From the NCBI GenBank assembly GCA_038087875.1, contig JAXLNO010000201.1, forward strand, positions 62,001-93,948: 31,948 nucleotides of DNA. The letters run 5' to 3'. Below, piece after piece: positions 26,239 to 31,948 of this stretch. This DNA comes from Malacoraja senta (Eukaryota). The first letter of the stretch is position 1. Every line of letters begins with the position of its first letter. The notes below the pieces were generated by a model that saw only the letters and a list, made by a program, of their open reading frames with translations, was not told the DNA's origin and did no database searches. The position numbers and the translations under genes are program-made.

Positions 26239-27319
26239 CCTTGCGGGATTTGTGGCGACCTTGCTGGATTTGTGGCGACATTGCCGAATTTATGGCTACC
26301 TTGATTGAAATGTGGCGACCTTGCCGGATTTGTCGCCACCTTTCCGGATTCGTCAATACCTTGCCGGATTTGTGGCGACCTTGCCGGATTTATGGCGACC
26401 TTGCCGGAAATATGGCGACCTTGCCGGATTTGTGGCAACCTTGCCGGAAATATGGCGACCTTGCCGGAAATGTGGCGACCTTGCTGGATTTATGGCGACC
26501 TTGTCGGATTTGTGACGACCTTGCCGGATTTATGGCGACCTTGCCGGGGATGTGGCGACCTTGCCGTATTTGTGGCGGCCTTGCATGATTTATGGCGACC
26601 TTGCCGCAAATGTGGTGACCTTGCCGGATTTGTGGCGACCTTGCCGGAATGTTGCGATCTTGCTGGATTTGTGGCGACCTTGCCGAATTTATGCCTACCT
26701 TGATTGAAATGTGGCGACCTTGCCGGATTTGTCGCCACCTTGCCGGATTTGTGGCGACGTTGCGGATTTATGGCGACCCCGCCGGAAATATGGCGACATT
26801 GCCGGATTTGTGGCGACCTTGCCGGAAATATGGCGACCTTGTCGGATTTTTGGAGACCTTGACGGATTTATGGCGACCTTGCCGGAAATATGGCTACCTT
26901 CCCGGATTTGTGGCGACTGCCGGATTCATGGCGACCATGCTGGAAATATGGCGACCTTGTCGGATTTGTGGCGACCTTGGCCGATTTGTTGCGACCTTGC
27001 CGGAAATGTGGCGAAATTGCCGGATTTGTGGCGGCCGTCTCGGATTTATGGCGACCTTGCCGGAAATAGGCGACTCTGCCGGATTTGTGGCGACCTTGCC
27101 GAATTTATGGCGACCTTGCCGGATTTGTGGCGACCTTGCCGGATTTATGGCGACCTTGCCGGATTTATGGCGACCTTGCCGGATTTATGGCGACCTTGCC
27201 GGGAATATGGCAACCTTGCCGCATTTGTGGCGGCCTTGCCGGATTTATGGCGACCTTGCCGTAAATGTGGTGACCTTGCCGGATTTATGGCGACCTTGTC
27301 GGATTTGTGGCGGCCTTGC
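25164..27319 (+). repeat. Tandem duplication, 2 x 1075 bp (25164-26238; 26239-27313)
   Basis: Identical translated frames at offset 1075 (25230/26305, 25237/26312, 25415/26490). Private variants ttcgtcaatacc, ttgcatgattt and gcgaaattgcc occur in both copies. Confidence 0.93.
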
Positions 27320-27366
27320 CGGATTTATGGCGACCTTGCCGGAAATCTGACGACCTTGCCTGAAAT

Positions 27367-30300
27367 GTGGCGACCTTGACGGATTTGTGGCGACCTTGCG
27401 GGATTTATGGCGACCTTGCCGGCGATGTGGCGACCATCCAGGATTTGTGGCGATCTTGTCAGATTTCTGGCGACCTGGCCTGAATTGTGGCGACCTTTCC
27501 GTATTTGTGGCGACATTAACGGATTTATGGCGACCTTGCCGCAAATGTGGCGACCTTGCCGGATTTGTGGCGACCTTGCCTGATTTATGGCGACCTTGCG
27601 GGATTTGTGGCGACCTTGCCGGATTTGTGGCGACATTGCCGAATTTATGGCTACCTTGATTGAAATGTGGCGACCTTGCCGGATTTGTCGCCACCTTGCC
27701 GGATTCGTCGCTACCTTGCCGGATTTGTGGCGACCTTGCCGGATTTATGGCGACCTTGCCGGAAACATGGCGACCTTGCCGGATTTGTGGCAACCTTGCC
27801 GGAAATGCGGAGACCTTCCCTGAAATGTGGCGAACTTGACGGATTTGTGGCGACCTTGCCGGATTTATGGCGACCTTGCCGGGGATGTGGCGACCTTGCC
27901 GTATTTGTGGCGACCTTGCAGGATTTATGGCGACCTTGCCGCAAATGTGGTGACCTTGCCGGATTTGTGGCGACCTTGCCGGATTTATGGCGACCTTGTG
28001 GGATTTGTGGCGACCTTGCCGGATTTATGGGGACCTTGCCGGCAATGTGGCGACCTAGCCGGGCTTGTGGCTACCTTGACGGATTCATGGCGACCTTGCC
28101 GGAATGTAGCGACCTTGCTGGATTTGTGGCGACCTTGCCGAATTTATGCCTACCTTGATTGAAATGTGGCGACCTTGCCGGATGTGTCGCCACCTTGCCG
28201 GATTTGTGTCGACCTTGCCGGATTTATGGCGACCCCGCCGGAAATATGGCGACATTGCCGGATTTGTGGCGACCTTGCCGGAAATATGGCGACCTTGCCG
28301 GATTTTTGGAGACCTTGACGGATTTATGGCGACCTTGACGGAAATATGGCTACCTTTCCCGGATTTCTGGCGACTGCCGGATTCATGGCGACCTTGCCGG
28401 AAATATGGCGACCTTGTCGGATTTGTGGCGACCTTGGCCGATTTGTTGCGGCCTTGCCGGAAATGTGGCGAACTTGGCGGATTTGCGGCGGCCGTGTCGG
28501 ATTTATGGCGACCTTGCCGGAAATAGGCGACTCTGCCGGATTTGTGGCGACCTTGCCGGATTTATGGCGACCTGGCCGGAATTGTGGCGACCTTTCCGCA
28601 TTTGTGGCGACCTTAACGGACTTATGGCGACCTTGACGCAAATGTGGCGACCTTGGCGGATTTGTGGCGACCTTGCCTGATTTTTGGCGACCTTGCGGGA
28701 TTTGTGGCGACCTTGCCGGATTTATGGCGACCTTGCCGGAAATGTAGCGACCTTGCCGGATTTGACGCGACCGTGCCGAATTTATGGCTACCTTGATTGA
28801 AATGTGACGACCTTCCCGGATTTATGGCGACCATTGCCGGATTTATGGCGACCTTGCTAGAAATATGGCGACCTTGCCGGATTTGTGGCGACCTAGCCGT
28901 ATTTATGGCGACCGTGCCGGAAATATGGCGACCTTGCCGGATTTGAGGCAACCTTGCCGGAAATATGGCGACCTTGCCGGATTTATGGTGTCCAAGCCGT
29001 TTTTATGGCGACCGTGCCGGAAACACGGCGACCTTGCCGGATTTATGGCGACGTTGCGGATTTATGGCGATCTTGCCGGATTTATGGCGACCTTGCCGGA
29101 AATATGGCGACCTCGCCGGAATTATGGCGACCATGCCGGATTTATGGCGACCTTGCCGGAAATCTGGCGACCTCGCCTGAAATGTGGCGACCTTGACTGG
29201 TTTGTGGCGACCTTGCCGGATTAATGGCGACATTGCGGGGATGTGGCGACCATCCCGGATTTGTGGCGACCTTGTCAGATTTGTGGCGACCTTGCCGGAA
29301 TTGTGGCGACCTTTCCGTATTTGTGGCGACCTTACCGGATTTATGGCGACTTTGCCTCAAATGTGGCGACCTTGCCGGATTTGTGGCGACCTTGCCGGAA
29401 ATCTGGCGACCTTGCCTGATATGTGGCGACATTGACGGGTTTGTGACGACCTTGCCGGATTAATGGCGACGTTGCCGGGGATGTGGCGACCATCCCGGAT
29501 TTGTGGAGACCTTGCCGGATTTATGGCGACCTTGCCGGAGATGTAGCGACCTTGCCGGATTTGACGCGACCTTGCCGGATTTATGGCGACCTTGTGGGAT
29601 TTGTGGCGACCTTGTCAGATTTATGGCTACCTTGCCGGCAATGTGGGGACCTAGCCGGACTTGTGGCGTCATTGCCGGATTGATGGCGACCTTGCCGGAA
29701 ATGTGGTGACCTTGCCGGATTTGTGGCGAGGATGCCGGATTTATGGCGACCTTGCCGGAATGTTGCGACCTTGCTGGATTTGTGGCGACCTTGCCGAATT
29801 TATGGCTACCTTGATTGAAATGTGGCGACCTTGCCGGATTTGTCGCCACCTTGCCGGATTTGTGGCGACCTTGCCGGTTTATGGCGACCATGCCGGAAAT
29901 ATGGCGACCTTGCCGGATTAGTGGCGACCTTGCCGGAAATATGGCGACCTTGCCGGAAATGTGGCGACCTTGCCGGATTTGTGGCGACCTTGCCGCATTT
30001 ATGGCGTCCTTGCCGGAAATGTGGCGACCTTGCCGGATTTATGGCGACCTTGTCGGATTTGAGACGTCCTTGCCGGATTTATGGCGACCTTGCCGGAAAT
30101 GCGGCGACCTTGCCTGAAATGTGGCGACCTTGACGGATTTGTGGCGACCTTGCCGGATTTATGGCGACCTTGCCGGGGATGTGGCGACCTTGACGGATTT
30201 GTGGCGACCTTGCGGGATTTATGGCGACCTTGCCGGGGATGTGGCGACCATCCAGGATTTGTGGCGATCTTGTCAGATTTCTGGCGACCTGGCCTGAATT

Positions 30301-31948
30301 GTGGCGACCTTTCCGTATTTGTGGCGACATTAACGGATTTATGGCGACCTTGCCGCAAATGTGGCGACCTTGCCGGATTTGTGGCGACCTTGCCTGATTT
30401 ATGGCGACCTTGCGGGATTTGTGGCGACCTTGCCGGATTTGTGGCGACATTGCCGAATTTATGGCTACCTTGATTGAAATGTGGCGACCTTGCCGGATTT
30501 GTCGCCACCTTGCCGGATTCGTCGCTACCTTGCCGGATTCGTGGCGACCTTGCCGGATTTATGGCGACCTTGCCGGAAACATGGCGACCTTGCCGGATTT
30601 GTGGCAACCTTGCCGGAAATGCGGAGACCTTGCCTGAAATGTGGCGAACTTGACGGATTTGTGGCGACCTTGCCGGATTTATGGCGACCTTGCCGGGGAT
30701 GTGGCGACCTTGCCGTATTTGTGGCGACCTTGCAGGATTTATGGCGACCTTGCCGCAAATGTGGTGACCTTGCCGGATTTGTGGCGACCTTGCCGGATTT
30801 ATGGCGACCTTGTGGGATTTGTGGCGACCTTGCCGGATTTATGGGGACCTTGCCGGCAATGTGGCGACCTAGCCGGGCTTGTGGCTACCTTGACGGATTC
30901 ATGGCGACCTTGCCGGAATGTAGCGACCTTGCTGGATTTGTGGCGACCTTGCCGAATTTATGCCTACCTTGATTGAAATGTGGCGACCTTGCCGGATGTG
31001 TCGCCACCTTGCCGGATTTGTGTCGACCTTGCCGGATTTATGGCGACCCCGCCGGAAATATGGCGACATTGCCGGATTTGTGGCGACCTTGCCGGAAATA
31101 TGGCGACCTTGCCGGATTTTTGGAGACCTTGACGGATTTATGGCGACCTTGACGGAAATATGGCTACCTTTCCCGGATTTCTGGCGACTGCCGGATTCAT
31201 GGCGACCTTGCCGGAAATATGGCGACCTTGTCGGATTTGTGGCGACCTTGGCCGATTTGTTGCGGCCTTGCCGGAAATGTGGCGAACTTGGCGGATTTGC
31301 GGCGGCCGTGTCGGATTTATGGCGACCTTGCCGGAAATAGGCGACTCTGCCGGATTTGTGGCGACCTTGCCGGATTTATGGCGACCTGGCCGGAATTGTG
31401 GCGACCTTTCCGTATTTGTGGCGACCTTAACGGACTTATGGCGACCTTGACGCAAATGTGGCGACCTTGGCGGATTTGTGGCGACCTTGCCTGATTTTTG
31501 GCGACCTTGCGGGATTTGTGGCGACCTTGCCGGATTTATGGCGACCTTGCCGGAAATGTAGCGACCTTGCCGGATTTGACGCGACCGTGCCGAATTTATG
31601 GCTACCTTGATTGAAATGTGACGACCTTCCCGGATTTATGGCGACCATTGCCGGATTTATGGCGACCTTGCTAGAAATATGGCGACCTTGCCGGATTTGT
31701 GGCGACCTAGCCGTATTTATGGCGACCGTGCCGGAAATATGGCGACCTTGCCGGATTTGAGGCAACCTTGCCGGAAATATGGCGACCTTGCCGGATTTAT
31801 GGTGTCCAAGCCGTTTTTATGGCGACCGTGCCGGAAACACGGCGACCTTGCCGGATTTATGGCGACGTTGCGGATTTATGGCGATCTTGCCGGATTTATG
31901 GCGACCTTGCCGGAAATATGGCGACCTCGCCGGAATTATGGCGACCAT
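27367..31948 (+). repeat. Tandem duplication, period 2814 bp (27367-30180; second copy 30181 to window end, truncated)
   Basis: ORF pairs 27587/30401, 27827/30641, 28146/30960, 28622/31436. Private ggtgtccaagccgttttt at 28987/31801. The last bases of the window match 29131-29134. Confidence 0.93.

Larger units (their letters stand above)
1..31948 (+). repeat. 20-bp tandem satellite array, consensus GGCGACCTTGCCGGAWWTRT, about 1,600 monomers, running off both ends of the window
   Basis: Every line consists of this unit (e.g. 61-120 gtggcgaccttgccggaaat atggcgaccttgccggaaat gtggcgaccttgccggattt). Column phase shifts only at occasional 18/19/21-bp monomers and two 11-bp half-monomers. No unique sequence or inverted block was seen. 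Confidence 0.99.

Noticed and set aside
10..31765. Hundreds of ORFs encoding Cys-rich repeats (WRPCRICGDLAGFVATLPDL) with CxxC motifs resembling zinc-finger or metal-binding proteins, and basic minus-strand ORFs (ARSPQIRQGRH)
   Set aside because: A stop-free 20-bp unit yields the same 20-aa peptide in all three frames. ORFs overlap in every frame, stops come from variant monomers, 1-2-bp indels are frequent, and there are no unique termini or codon-position bias. Proteomic or Ribo-seq evidence would be needed.
1..31948. CRISPR array
   Set aside because: Repeats are directly adjacent. The variable part is only 3-4 nt with a few recurring states, so there are no unique spacers. No leader or cas genes.
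1..31948. Telomerase-synthesised long telomeric repeat (G/T-biased strand, about 20-nt unit as in some yeasts)
   Set aside because: Inherited variant cassettes and kilobase duplications indicate recombinational evolution rather than templated addition, and the array is much longer and more heterogeneous than such tracts. A subtelomeric or recombination-maintained terminal array cannot be excluded without chromosomal context.
1..31948. Resemblance of TTGCCGGAAAT/TTGCCGATTT to Caenorhabditis minisatellite motifs recalled from memory
   Set aside because: Only a match of about 10 bp. The GGCGACC half and 20-bp period do not fit what I recall, and I cannot run the search, so no taxon is assigned.
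1..31948. Prokaryotic iteron/origin array, Borg-type tandem repeats, diversity-generating or antigenic-variation cassette system
   Set aside because: No associated genes, AT-rich unwinding region or unique DNA in 32 kb. The scale and hierarchical structure fit satellite DNA.
1..31948. G-quadruplex-forming array
   Set aside because: The consensus has only GG doublets separated by 7-9 nt and no recurring GGG tracts, so a stable G4 is not supported.

Overview
The whole 31,948-bp window is one uninterrupted, head-to-tail, single-orientation satellite/minisatellite array. It holds about 1,600 copies (window length/20) of a 20-bp monomer, consensus GGCGACCTTGCCGGA(TT/AA)T(G/A)T, with 55-60% GC and two CpGs per monomer. 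I can support no gene, RNA gene, transposon or CRISPR array. All listed ORFs are translation artefacts of a 20-bp unit with no stop codon in the + strand consensus. The real structure lies in the variant monomers: (i) a four-state main polymorphism; (ii) ordered cassettes of diagnostic variant monomers that recur as an old, reshuffled higher-order repeat (first period 679 bp = 33x20+19); (iii) recent, near-identical, in-register kilobase duplications with different periods (about 1075, 1101, 1277, 1417-1437, 1510, 2814, 3194 bp); (iv) left-to-right layering of variant types; and (v) a recurrent variant GTCGCCAC that is the exact reverse complement of the consensus GTGGCGAC, placing a perfect 8-bp hairpin in nearly every cassette. 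Such an array is most typical of eukaryotic heterochromatic, centromeric or subtelomeric DNA, but the organism and function cannot be determined from the sequence. All offsets and identities were read by eye, aided by the ORF track, and were not computed.
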